64,000 bases of DNA from Myxococcota bacterium (GCA_963674735.2 CAXXQS010000002.1:832001-896000), one strand, 5' to 3'. Shown: positions 27,775 through 37,745, counted from the first letter of the stretch. The notes: generated by a model from the sequence alone, not told the origin. Made by a program: numbers and translations.

Positions 27775-28338
27775 TTATTCGTCTTGGGCGCCGCAGTCCT
27801 GTCCGGTGGTGACGAAGGTCAGCTGCTCACTGACGGTTTCGAAAGCCTGGCTGTAGCCGCCGGTTGCGGTATCGAGAATGTTGTAACCGAACAGCGCTCC
27901 GGCGGGCTCGTAATCCTGATCGAAGAAGTGCAGCCGGATGCCCGCCGCGCCCAGCAGATCGGGGTCGCCTTCGGGGGTGTAGGTCTGGCTTTCGTCGCCG
28001 TCGAGATAGGCGTACACGAGAATTTCCGTGCGCCGGGTGACGCCGTCGCCTTCGACCACCCAGGAAAGCGTTTCCGGCGGGAAGCTGTCGAAGGTGAGCG
28101 TGTAGCTGGCTTCGAACGGATCGACGGCCGCCGAGGACAACTCGATGAGCTGCTCGTCGCCGGTGAATCCCATGGCCCCGACGCGGATGTTCTGGGTGGC
28201 GTTTTCGATATGGCAGCCACCCACATTGCCCGAAAGAAGACGGGCCGTGATTTCGTCGTCGCCGTCATCGCCGCAACCGGCCAGTAACGCAAGAATCGCC
28301 AAAAGCATCACCATGGTTCGCCACATTGACTGGGTCAT
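27775..28338 (-). CDS. Hypothetical lipoprotein
   Basis: Lipobox LAGC followed by GDDGDDE; AGGAG upstream. Confidence 0.8.
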   Translation of the reverse strand: MTQSMWRTMVMLLAILALLAGCGDDGDDEITARLLSGNVGGCHIENATQNIRVGAMGFTGDEQLIELSSAAVDPFEASYTLTFDSFPPETLSWVVEGDGVTRRTEILVYAYLDGDESQTYTPEGDPDLLGAAGIRLHFFDQDYEPAGALFGYNILDTATGGYSQAFETVSEQLTFVTTGQDCGAQDE

Positions 28339-28408
28339 TTTAAGTTCTCCTGAAAGTCGTTGGTTTGGTTGATCGAACTCGACCTTAGTCCCTTACCCCG
28401 ACGGATCG

Positions 28409-29182
28409 TTAGCGGGATAGGGTACGTTTGTACAATTCCTCAGCCATGGCCGCCATCATGACCGCCCCTTTGCCGTTGGGGTCGTATTCCCAGATCGTCT
28501 GGCCGAAGCTCTGCGCTTCGTCGAGCTTGACGTTGAAGCCGAGAATGGTCTTGGAAATACGATCGGGAAAATGATGGGCCAGCTTGGCCACGATTTCGTT
28601 GGCCAGGCGCGTTGGACGATAGAGCGTCGGGATAACCATCTTCAGCTCGGTCCGCGCGCTCTTGTGGCGTTCGCGCACCTGGGCGATCGAGCGCACCACT
28701 TCGGCGCAGCCGTCCAGCGCCAGATAGGTAAGCGCCACCGGAACGACGACATCGGTGGAGGCCGTCAGCACGTTCGAGGTCACAAGCCCGACCGACGGCG
28801 GCGAATCGATGAATGCCACGTCGTAACGCCGGGACACTTTCTTGAGCGCTTTTTGCAACAATAACTCGCGGTCGGCCTGGCCCGCCACGGTTTCGGGAAA
28901 ATCGGCCAGGCGCTTGTTGGAGCCCAGCAAATGCAAGCGCGGAATGTTCGTTTCCACCACGGCGTCGCCGGGATCCAGGCTCGAATCGGTCAAGACATCG
29001 AAGATATCGTAGTCGAGATCGTGGACCGCCAGCCCCAGCGATTTTCCCGCGTGCCCCTGGGAATCGAGGTCGACCAGCAGGACGTTTTTCTTTTTTTTCA
29101 GCGCCATATAGGCGGCGAAGTTAACAGCGAACGTGGTTTTGCACGTCCCGCCTTTTTCGTTGATGAAGGAAATAACCTTCAC
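28409..29182 (-). CDS. ParA/Soj family ATPase (orphan, no parB)
   Basis: NEKGGTCKTT, VDLDSQG, IDSPPS and N.KL.EA.S.G motifs. Confidence 0.92.
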   Translation of the reverse strand: MKVISFINEKGGTCKTTFAVNFAAYMALKKKKNVLLVDLDSQGHAGKSLGLAVHDLDYDIFDVLTDSSLDPGDAVVETNIPRLHLLGSNKRLADFPETVAGQADRELLLQKALKKVSRRYDVAFIDSPPSVGLVTSNVLTASTDVVVPVALTYLALDGCAEVVRSIAQVRERHKSARTELKMVIPTLYRPTRLANEIVAKLAHHFPDRISKTILGFNVKLDEAQSFGQTIWEYDPNGKGAVMMAAMAEELYKRTLSR

Positions 29183-29185
29183 GCC

Positions 29186-29593
29186 TTAAACCTCCGTGCC
29201 GAGAGAAGAACGATCGGCGGCCGTTTTGGATGCACCCGATCCCGCCGTTTTCACTCGCTTTTTCGATGTTTTCGCGCGTTTCGGGGATTCGTTTGCCGCC
29301 GCCAGCAGGCTTTGCAGGCGCTCGATCTGGGCTTCGATGGCAAACAGCCGATCCTCCAAATCCTGTTGGCCCTGTTCGAGGCGCGCGAAGTCGTCGCGCG
29401 TGGGCAGATTCAACTGCGTGAGGGCGGTCTGAATCGCCTTTTGCATGAAGTCGCGAAACTCCAGCGAGGCCTGCAGCATTTTTTGAATGCCCATGATAAA
29501 GCGTTCGTTGTTCAGTAAAACCGCCAAGGCATCGCCCGCGCGAACGCCGTAAAGATGCAGAATATCTTCAAAAAACTGCCGTTTCCCACTCAT
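29186..29593 (-). CDS. Small coiled-coil protein with a phasin/PhaE-like LNLPTR motif and a Lys-rich tail
   Basis: Start set at MSGKRQFF; AL..LNLPTRDD..RL....LE.RL..IE coiled coil; ends 3 bp before the ParA GTG. Confidence 0.65.
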   Translation of the reverse strand: MSGKRQFFEDILHLYGVRAGDALAVLLNNERFIMGIQKMLQASLEFRDFMQKAIQTALTQLNLPTRDDFARLEQGQQDLEDRLFAIEAQIERLQSLLAAANESPKRAKTSKKRVKTAGSGASKTAADRSSLGTEV

Positions 29594-30560
29594 GTCGCAC
29601 CGTCTGGATGAAGAGATGAACGCCCGCCGGAAAGCCCGCCGCATTCCGGCTTCGGGTGAGGGCAGTATGGCATATGCCGCCGAGCCAGACAAGAGAAAAG
29701 GGGCGGTGCAAAAGCGGCGCTCCGATGCATTAAAATAGGGCCATCGAAACGGTGGCGGAAGTCGAAATTGACTCCCTTTTGAGACATTACCCGCTGTCGG
29801 CACCGGCCTTCCCGCAGACACGAAAGCCCACAGCCCGCCGCCTTGCCCTCCATGCCGCCCCTGGCCGGTTTTTTCTCGCCCCTGCCTTCGCAACGCGTGA
29901 TTATAACAGGAGAAAAGCGCGGTTTTCACGCCTGTTGTCCCGCGCATATCGAGGCCAGCCGAGCCATTTGAAAATAGCCCTGTTATATCAGGCACTTAAC
30001 AACACGCCCCATAATTAGATTTACTATATTATATTTAGTATATCACAAAAACAGCCTTTCAAGCCGCGCGACGCACCCGTGTTGGACGGAGAAGCGACAG
30101 GGTTGGAATTTTCTATCTGACTGATATCAATTGGTAATCGTCGTTCCCGATCCGCTTCGCGGTAACGGCCCGCCGGGCATGGGAACCGGGTTTCTGTCGA
30201 CCGGATGTGACGTATTACGACCAACCCGGAAAATCCCTGGGAAAGCTTCTTTTACCCGAAACAAAAGGCCGAAAAACCCAATGATTTCGCGAAAAGCAAA
30301 AAATGGCTTCGTAAAACGGCGCAGCGAGCGCAGGGAGCGCATTTCCACCTGAAGGGGCAAAGCGGCCAAATTCAAGGCTGTCTCGCCGAAAGGGTCGTTT
30401 GCGCGAAATCCGCGCGTCACGGCAAACGGACGAAAGGACGCACCAAGCGAACCGGCCCATCTGCAGAGAGCGTTCGGGAGGCCGGACTTCGCCGTTTCGC
30501 TCAACCTTGCGCGATCCGATATTCATTCAAAATTTGCATTGCAGCCGACGGCGGACCGGC

Positions 30561-30687
30561 GGCACGGGCTAAACCGTCAGGTTTGCCCGTGAAAACAGCA
30601 TGGGCAAGCCAAAGGCTTGGCCTATGGCACCCCGCGAATCGAATGATATGGGGTGGAAAACGGTGAAAAGCTTAGAATGGAATCGCC
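30561..30687 (+). repeat. About 130 bp REPIN/MITE-like element, copy 1
   Basis: Near-identical to 39365-39491 and to the reverse complement of 36984-37110. Confidence 0.9.
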
Positions 30688-30850
30688 TTGGCAACGCAGG
30701 TTATTTTCTTGCAAATGAGGTAACTATTTGTTATGGATCTTATGAGTCTCATGTTTTAATAGTGATCTCAACAGTATCACTGGTTTTTCGGCCGACCAGG
30801 CGTATCGCAGGCTGAAGGCCGGTCTGGCTTCATCGAAAGAGGTTCATCCG

Positions 30851-31930
30851 ATACAGCCGGAATACACGGAAACAACAAGCGGAACGCAACGAGACGCCTT
30901 TTTCGACCATGCCAAAGCGCTCTTGATCTTCCTGGTGGTTCTCGGCCACGCCATCGAACTGGTGTGGGGCGGCAAACCCCTGCTGCGGGCGGTTTGGCAG
31001 TGGATTTATGTCTTCCACATGCCGCTGTTCGTTTTCATCTGCGGTTACTACACGCGCGGTCAACTCAACGGCGAGCGCCTGCTGACCCTGGCTTGCCGAT
31101 TGATCGCACCGTATTTCATTTTCCTGTTTTTATACCGCCTGTTCTTTTTTTATATGCAGGGGAAAACCCGGCTCGAACTCGATCTCTTTCATTCCTACGA
31201 TCTGTTGTGGTTTCTCCCGGCCTTGTTTTTCTGGCGTCTGCTTCAACCGATCCTCATCCGCTGCCGGTTCCCGCTGCTGCTGGCACTGGTCTTGGGGCTG
31301 CTCATCAGTTTCAATCCCTTCATCAGCGGGGTAATGGGGCTCAATCAAACCTTTTCCTTCCTGCCGTATTTCACGCTCGGACTGCTGGCGCAGCAACGAA
31401 ATCTGCAGTTCCTGCACGCCACGCCCATCCGGATCGTCTCGGCGCTGGTTCTCGTCGCCGGGTTCTTCCTGCTCTATCACGTCGGTTCCGAATTCGACAC
31501 CAAGTGGTTGCGCTACACGATGTATAAGGATGTGGGGCACCGCGAGTGGAACGCCTTTGTTTATCGTCTGGCGGTCTATGCCGCCGCGCTGCTGAGCGGC
31601 ACAGCCTTTTTGTCGCTGATGCCGCAACGGGAAAGCCGCCTCAGCCGCCTGGGTCGCTACACGCTCTATCCCTACTTGCTGCACTACTTCGTGATAAAAG
31701 GACTCGCGCTCAGCGGATTGCTCAAAGGGCTGCCTTCCGGCCTGCCGGCGGGCGTCTGGCTGGCTATTCTGCTGGCTTTATCGGCGGGGATCGTCTGGAT
31801 CACCGCCAGTCGTCCTTCCCGCCGCCTGTTTGGTCCCCTCATTCAGGTGAACCCGTACTTGGTTCGCCGCTACCTGGTTTTCGCCGTGATCGCCGGGTAT
31901 GCCTTTTGTGTGCACGTCAACTGGAATTAG
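30851..31930 (+). CDS. Acyltransferase-3 family membrane O-acetyltransferase
   Basis: RDAFFDHAK..LI.LVVLGH, IYVFHMPLF.FI.GY, LWFL and LG..TL..YL.H motifs. The conserved N-terminus extends upstream of the called TTG, so the start is uncertain (ATA at 30851). Confidence 0.88.
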   Translation: MQPEYTETTSGTQRDAFFDHAKALLIFLVVLGHAIELVWGGKPLLRAVWQWIYVFHMPLFVFICGYYTRGQLNGERLLTLACRLIAPYFIFLFLYRLFFFYMQGKTRLELDLFHSYDLLWFLPALFFWRLLQPILIRCRFPLLLALVLGLLISFNPFISGVMGLNQTFSFLPYFTLGLLAQQRNLQFLHATPIRIVSALVLVAGFFLLYHVGSEFDTKWLRYTMYKDVGHREWNAFVYRLAVYAAALLSGTAFLSLMPQRESRLSRLGRYTLYPYLLHYFVIKGLALSGLLKGLPSGLPAGVWLAILLALSAGIVWITASRPSRRLFGPLIQVNPYLVRRYLVFAVIAGYAFCVHVNWN

Positions 31931-32054
31931 CCCGCCCGTTTTTACGAAACCCGCCCAAAAGCCTCGTCCCGGTATCGGGCGACGGTGAATCGCCATTCAG
32001 CACGAGTTTTACTAATATTGTAATATTGCTAGGAAAACGGACGAAAGCTTTCTG

Positions 32055-32083
32055 TTGACAAAAGCCTCAAGGTTGGGTAGAAA
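32055..32083 (+). promoter_or_regulatory. Putative sigma-70 promoter for the C1 peptidase
   Basis: TTGACA-N17-TAGAAA. Confidence 0.55.
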
Positions 32084-32203
32084 TGGCCGATTGGAGTCAG
32101 GGGATGACTGCTATTTCGGCCTCGGATCCGCTCTCGATCGTCGTAATTTGATACCATCAGCATGTTAGCTCACACGATGAGCGCCAGCCTGAAAGGATGT
32201 CTT

Positions 32204-34372
32204 ATGCCCAAACCGCCACTGCGAATTGCGATAAGCCTCAGCCTTTGGCTGATCCTGCTGCTTCTCCCGCAAAGCGCGTTTGCCGATGCCGACGAACTCG
32301 ACGCGATCCGCGCCGCCATCAAGGCCTCGGGTGCCAACTGGACCGCCGGTGAAAACTGGTTGACCAAGCTGCCGAAAGCCGAGCGGATGCGCTATCACAA
32401 CTTGGTTCTGCCGCACGAAACGCTGGCGAATGCGCCGGTGACGATCGTCCCCAACCGAGGCACGCGCGGATCGCTCGACTGGCGCAGCGTCAACGGGTCG
32501 AACTGGGTCACCAGCCCCAAATACCAGGGCGAATGCGGCTCCTGCTGGTCGTTTTCGGTCGTGGGCGCCTTGGAAAGCCTGATTCACATCGCTGAAGGCC
32601 GCGCCGCCACGTCGCAATATCAATGGGATTTGTCGGAACAATACATCGTGTCCTGCATCGGGCTCTCGGATCCCTGCAGCGGCGCAACCCCCGACATGCC
32701 CAACGATTTTCTGCAATCGGACGGCACCGTCAACGAGACCTGCATGCCGTATCAAGCCTCCTACCCACCCTATTGTTCGGCGCGCTGTTCCAGCTACCAG
32801 TCGCAACTGCAGACGATCTCCAGCTGGGATTTCGTTTCGAGCTATACGGCGAACATCACCAATATTAAAAACGCCCTGGAAAGCGGCCCGCTGCCGACCA
32901 CCATGACCGTCTGCGACGACTTCGATTATTACGAAGGCGGCATCTATTCGCACAGCTACGGTTCCTGCCCGGCCGACGCCGGACACGGGATCCTGATCGT
33001 GGGCTACAACGACACGGACCGCTACTGGATCGTCAAAAACAGCTGGAGCACCCAGTGGGGCGAAAGCGGCTTTTTCCGCATCAGTTGGGACGACAGCGGC
33101 TCGGACTTCGGCCAATACACCTCCCGGCTGCACTACAGCAACCCCAATCTGTGCAGCGACGACAGCTATGAGAACAACGACACCCTGGTGAATGCCACCA
33201 CGATCACCCCCGGCGAATTCGAGGATTTGCAGATCTGCCCCGGCGACGACGACTTTTACCGCCTCAACCTGCTCAAGCAGGAAGCGGTCACCATCTCGAT
33301 CGATTTCACCCACAGCCAGGGCGATCTCGATCTCTATTTGATTTCACGCACCAACGAGGTGGTGGCGCAAAGCGAATCGAGCACCAACAACGAAGTGATT
33401 GCCGACTTCAACCCGGCGGCGGACGGCCGCTACTACCTGCGCGTCAAGGGCGCGCTGGGCGATCAAAATGCCTACAGCATGACGATCAGCACCACCTGCG
33501 TTCCGCAATGCGAGGGACGCGACTGCGGCGATGACGGCTGCGGCGGCGAATGCGGAAGCTGCCCCGACGGCGAGTCCTGCCAGGCGGGCGTGTGCGGATG
33601 CGCACCCCAGTGCAGCGGCAAGGACTGCGGCGCCGACGGCTGCGGCGGCCAGTGCGGAACCTGCGATGCGGGTGATAATTGCGAGAACAACCAATGCGTC
33701 ACGCCCGACCCCTGCACGGGCGCCTGCAGCACGCAGACGGATTCTCCGTATTGCCTGGGCGGCGAAAATCTGTGCGCCTGCGGCAACGCCGGAGCCTGGA
33801 CCATCAAAAACTGCGATCAGCTCTGTCGCGACAGCGGCAAGTCGGGCGCGCTGGCCTGCGAATACGATTCATCGAAAAGCGGCGGAACCTGCATCTGCGC
33901 AAGCGAGTCGGCCGACGGCGACATCCCCGATGGCGACACCCCCGACGGCGATGCACCCACGGACTGTTCCGGAGCCTGTCAGCCCATCGACGCGCCGTTC
34001 TGCCTGGCCAACGGCTACAACCTCTGCGAGTGTTTGAACATGCAGTGGACGGCCACCGACTGCACCTTCAGTTGCGTGCGCCAGGGCGGCATATTTGCCG
34101 GTTGCGGCTTCCACCCCGGACTGCGGCGCGACACCTGCCTGTGCGACGAGATCAGCGACGGCGATACGCCCTTGGACGGCGATGTCCCCCTGGATGGCGA
34201 CGATCCGGCCGATGGCGACGACGGCTCCGGCAATGATGATGACGATGATGACGATCGCGGCGGATCGGGGGCCACGGATGAAGGCGGCGGCTGCCGACAC
34301 GGCGGTACGCTTCCGGTAGCCGGTTTGCTGCTGCTGGCCGGTTGGCTGCTCGCCCGACGGCGACGCGCCTGA
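32204..34372 (+). CDS. Secreted C1A (papain-like) cysteine peptidase with PPC domain, Cys-rich repeats, DGD linker and a MYXO-CTERM-like sorting tail
   Basis: Signal peptide ending AFA; QGECGSCWSF, GHGILIVGY and KNSW; GDLDLYL (PPC); CGDDGCGGECGSC repeats; GGGC-TM-RRRR tail. Confidence 0.92.
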   Translation: MPKPPLRIAISLSLWLILLLLPQSAFADADELDAIRAAIKASGANWTAGENWLTKLPKAERMRYHNLVLPHETLANAPVTIVPNRGTRGSLDWRSVNGSNWVTSPKYQGECGSCWSFSVVGALESLIHIAEGRAATSQYQWDLSEQYIVSCIGLSDPCSGATPDMPNDFLQSDGTVNETCMPYQASYPPYCSARCSSYQSQLQTISSWDFVSSYTANITNIKNALESGPLPTTMTVCDDFDYYEGGIYSHSYGSCPADAGHGILIVGYNDTDRYWIVKNSWSTQWGESGFFRISWDDSGSDFGQYTSRLHYSNPNLCSDDSYENNDTLVNATTITPGEFEDLQICPGDDDFYRLNLLKQEAVTISIDFTHSQGDLDLYLISRTNEVVAQSESSTNNEVIADFNPAADGRYYLRVKGALGDQNAYSMTISTTCVPQCEGRDCGDDGCGGECGSCPDGESCQAGVCGCAPQCSGKDCGADGCGGQCGTCDAGDNCENNQCVTPDPCTGACSTQTDSPYCLGGENLCACGNAGAWTIKNCDQLCRDSGKSGALACEYDSSKSGGTCICASESADGDIPDGDTPDGDAPTDCSGACQPIDAPFCLANGYNLCECLNMQWTATDCTFSCVRQGGIFAGCGFHPGLRRDTCLCDEISDGDTPLDGDVPLDGDDPADGDDGSGNDDDDDDDRGGSGATDEGGGCRHGGTLPVAGLLLLAGWLLARRRRA

Positions 34373-34397
34373 ACGGTTTGACTGCTTTCGAGCGATG

Positions 34398-34424
34398 ACG
34401 GGCGGCGCAACCGCCCGTTTTTTT
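34398..34424 (+). terminator. Intrinsic terminator
   Basis: ACGGGCGG-cgcaa-CCGCCCGT followed by a T run. Confidence 0.85.
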
Positions 34425-34425
34425 G

Positions 34426-34833
34426 TTACTTCTTTTTGTCCAGCGCCGCTTTCAGCTTATCAGCCAGCGAAACCATGCCTTCGCCTTTTTCTTCCGTACG
34501 CGGGGAAACGGCACCATCGCCGCCGATCTGACTGGCCAGAATACCGCGTGAATGCTCGTCTTCATGGCAATACACGCACAGATTTTCCCAGTTGCTGCCG
34601 TCGCGCGGATTGTTGTGGTGGTTGCCGTCTTTGTGATGGACGGTCAGAAGCGGCAGATCTTTGCCGGTAAACTCGCGCCCGCAGCGGGCGCAGATATGCC
34701 CGTGCAGCGACAAGGAAAGGCGGCGGTAGTCGAAGCCCTGTTCCGCTTCGCGCTCTTGTTTCACCTTGCGGACGAAATCCCAGGCGGCGCTTTTGGTATC
34801 GGTGTTTTTCGGATCGTCGGACGCTGCGCTCAT
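34426..34833 (-). CDS. yajD: YajD family HNH nuclease
   Basis: YR..SL......C.RC.REF....L..LTVHH.D.NH.NNP.DGSNWE.LC.YCH..EH pattern. Confidence 0.88.
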   Translation of the reverse strand: MSAASDDPKNTDTKSAAWDFVRKVKQEREAEQGFDYRRLSLSLHGHICARCGREFTGKDLPLLTVHHKDGNHHNNPRDGSNWENLCVYCHEDEHSRGILASQIGGDGAVSPRTEEKGEGMVSLADKLKAALDKKK

Positions 34834-34947
34834 CGTGAACTCCTTGCAATCTTCACCTGCGGCAAGTGTAGCCGATCCAACCCCGGAAGTGAATGGTTTT
34901 TCGCGGTGTGCGCAAGCGAGGACACAACCACGCGGAGCCGGACGGGA

Positions 34948-36861
34948 TTACTCGTCGCAGCTCGGCTTTCGCAGCAACAGAAAGTCGTAGGCGGCTGCGG
35001 GCGCGTAGCAATCGGCGAGTCGGGGCAGCAGTTCCGCGTCGAGGTGATGGGTGACGATCAGACGCGGTTTGCGCCGGGCGATGATGGCCGCGTGGCTGAA
35101 GCGATAATCGCTCAGCTTGCGATAGACGAGGAGCAGGCCGTCTCGGGGGACCGTGTGAAACCAGAAGTAATCGGCATCGAAGCGGAACAGGTTCTGGCGC
35201 GCCGTGCCGTCGAGCACCGTTTCATCCGCCGCCACCGCATCGCGCACAAAGGCCAGACGCACCAACTGGGCGCGATTGTCGGGGCTTTGTTCGCGCCACA
35301 TGCCCGTTAGCGGCAGCAGGCAGACAAGCGCGAACAGCCCGAAGCCGAGCCACCCGGTCAGGCGCACGCGCCGTGTAAGCAGCACCGCCACCGCCACCGT
35401 CATGAAAGGAAAGATGGGCATGAAATACTGGCGGTAGGGGGTGCGCACGAGAAAGAGACTCAGAATCAGGCCCAAACCGATCCAGGCGACGAAACGCAGG
35501 CCCGGCACCGGGCGGGCCAGCAGCGCCCAGGCGAAGGCGATCCACAAAAAGGCGTTATCGCGCCAGCTGGGCAGCATGTACCACCAGACCGGAAATTGCC
35601 GGATGGTTTCCATGTTGAGCCGCCAATTCAAGGTCCAGTAGGTCTGCCACAAGTCGAGCGCCCCCAGCCAGACGGCGAACAGCAAGACCGGCAGCAGGCC
35701 ACCCGCGACGAACAGCCCGACCCCGCGCCACGAAATCCGCTTGCCGACGGCCTCCCGCAAGATCCAAAGCCCGATCAGCAGACCGGGAAAAACAGCCTTC
35801 TGTAAAAAGAGAAACGCAACACCCAGGGAAAGTCCGCCCGCAAACACGTTCCACAAACGCGCAGAGCGACCGTGGCGCAGGATGAAGAAAGCGGCCAGCA
35901 CGACGAAAAAGGTGCAGGGCGTATCGGGGCGGATTTCCGTGGCCGGAATCGTGTAGAAGACGCTGGCGGCCAACAGGATGGCCGCCACCCATCCGGCGTT
36001 TCGCCCCGCGACCTGCCCCGCCATGGCGGCGACGACGAACAGACCGCCGAACTGAAACGCCAGCATCCCGAGGCGTCCGGCAAACAAGACGTCGGTGCTT
36101 TCGCCCATGAAAGCGATCAACGGCGCCAGCCCGTAATACAAAAGCGGGTGGTGATGTTGAAAGAAATCGCGGTAGGGAACCCAGCCTTGGGCGACATACC
36201 AGGCCGAATGCACCGCCTCCAGTTCGTCCACGGTGAACGCACGCACGAAAGCTCCGCGCAGCGTGACCGCAAGCAACCCCGCCAGCAAAACAAACAGGGC
36301 GGGTCGAAACCAGAAAGGGGCGGCATCCCGAGCGGCGGGGGCGGTCGCGGCCGCAAGCGGGTCGGGCCGTAACAGGCGTTCACGGATCGTCCGGCACACG
36401 TCGACACCCAACTCGCGGACGATGGACCGATAGCCGATGATCAGCCAGACGAAAACGGTCGCCAGCGCATACAGCGTTGTTTGCAAAAATTGCAGAAGCG
36501 GCACCCAGCCGACATAGGCGAAACCGACCTGCAAAAGAAAAATCGCCAGCAGCAAGGCGGGGAGCAGCCCGGCAAGTTGCAAACGGGAAAAGCGGGCGGC
36601 GTTCCCCCGGCGCAAATACAAGTAGGTACCCAAGCCGAACGCCGTCGAAGCGAAAAGCGCGAGAAACGCGCCCTCGCGCGGGCCGGGATACAGGTCGCCT
36701 TTGGCGATGGCGATCAATAGATGGAAGATGTCCGGCAGCGACACAAACAGGGGAGCGGCGCAGGCGACCAGCAGGCCGCCCGCCCATACCGCCGGATAGC
36801 GTTGCGCCGGCGTCGGTTTTCCTCTCCACCGCATCATGTCTCGACTCCGAAACGACGGCAA
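34948..36861 (-). CDS. ArnT/PMT-like (GT-C) membrane glycosyltransferase with extra N-terminal TM helices
   Basis: DELEAVH.AW...G..PYRDFFQHHHPL, EIRPD and QY..P motifs; polytopic. Confidence 0.75.
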   Translation of the reverse strand: MPSFRSRDMMRWRGKPTPAQRYPAVWAGGLLVACAAPLFVSLPDIFHLLIAIAKGDLYPGPREGAFLALFASTAFGLGTYLYLRRGNAARFSRLQLAGLLPALLLAIFLLQVGFAYVGWVPLLQFLQTTLYALATVFVWLIIGYRSIVRELGVDVCRTIRERLLRPDPLAAATAPAARDAAPFWFRPALFVLLAGLLAVTLRGAFVRAFTVDELEAVHSAWYVAQGWVPYRDFFQHHHPLLYYGLAPLIAFMGESTDVLFAGRLGMLAFQFGGLFVVAAMAGQVAGRNAGWVAAILLAASVFYTIPATEIRPDTPCTFFVVLAAFFILRHGRSARLWNVFAGGLSLGVAFLFLQKAVFPGLLIGLWILREAVGKRISWRGVGLFVAGGLLPVLLFAVWLGALDLWQTYWTLNWRLNMETIRQFPVWWYMLPSWRDNAFLWIAFAWALLARPVPGLRFVAWIGLGLILSLFLVRTPYRQYFMPIFPFMTVAVAVLLTRRVRLTGWLGFGLFALVCLLPLTGMWREQSPDNRAQLVRLAFVRDAVAADETVLDGTARQNLFRFDADYFWFHTVPRDGLLLVYRKLSDYRFSHAAIIARRKPRLIVTHHLDAELLPRLADCYAPAAAYDFLLLRKPSCDE

Positions 36862-36983
36862 CCCGCGTCGCCGATCAAACCTGTTGGCCAGAGTTCCTAT
36901 CCTATAACCGATCTCGACTCACGCCAAACACTTTGCACCTTCTCTTGGCGCCTCCCATGGTCTTCCGGACACGCCGCCGTCAG

Positions 36984-37120
36984 GGCGTTTCAATTCTAAG
37001 CTTTTTACCGTTTTCCGCCCAATATAATTCGATTCACGGGGTGCCATGGGCCAAGCCTTTGGCTTGCCCATGCTGTTTTCACGGGCAAACCTGACGGTTT
37101 AGCCCGTGCCACCCATCATC
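36984..37120 (-). repeat. About 130 bp REPIN/MITE-like element, copy 2
   Basis: Reverse complement of 39355-39491. Confidence 0.9.
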
Positions 37121-37299
37121 AATCAAAGATTGTTCGAGACTAAATCAGAATTGAAACGCGCTACGCCGCCCGTCTTTCGCTTTGACATCCCAGCGCCATT
37201 CGGCTAGGTTAGCCGGGATCGGAAACGCGGCCTCGATCCATCGCGGTCGCAATCCCCATTCCCGTTGGTTTATTTGCTGATCTCACGCGGAGTCGACTC

Positions 37300-37680
37300 A
37301 TGATGCATTTCACCTTGAAATCCGAACCCATCCGTCATCGTATCCATGCTTCCTGGAGCGGCGTGTGGACCCTCGCCGACGCCCTCGCCTTCAGCGACGC
37401 CGTCAACCAGGATCTCACCCACTTGACCCGCCAGCCCTTCGCCCTGCGCCTGGACGCCACCGACTGGCGGCCCTCCCAACCCGAGGTTGTACCGCTGCTC
37501 ATTGATATTCTGCGGCGCAACGTGCGGCACGGCTTGGAGCGATTGGCCGTCATCACCCCGAGCGGACCGGCCGGGCAGGCCGTCGCCCGCCTCATCACCA
37601 GCGCGGGAATCACCGATCAGGCGCAGGCCTTCAGCAGCCTTTCCGTCGCCGACTCCTGGCTGGCGGCACGCGGCTATTAG
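37300..37680 (+). CDS. Small STAS/SEC14-like (SpoIIAA-like) protein
   Basis: WSG.W, L.D...W.P, GL.R.A.I and F.....A..WL pattern; 126 aa; GGAG RBS. Confidence 0.65.
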   Translation: MMHFTLKSEPIRHRIHASWSGVWTLADALAFSDAVNQDLTHLTRQPFALRLDATDWRPSQPEVVPLLIDILRRNVRHGLERLAVITPSGPAGQAVARLITSAGITDQAQAFSSLSVADSWLAARGY

Positions 37681-37745
37681 CATCCGGCAACCGGATCATG
37701 GCTTTTTTCGAGGATGAAACCATGATCGCTCATCCCCTCACTACC

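Noticed and set aside
30002-30045. AT-rich stretch as a dif site or oriC
   Set aside because: The XerD arm does not match TTATGTTAAAT, and I found no DnaA box cluster.
30419-30500. GGCAAAC...GAAA...GACGCA resembling a c-di-GMP-I riboswitch
   Set aside because: The P2 stem does not pair properly, and the CAAAG and downstream conserved elements are missing.
34426-34833. HNH nuclease as a defence or homing element
   Set aside because: Matches the conserved stand-alone YajD pattern, with host-like GC and no partner genes.
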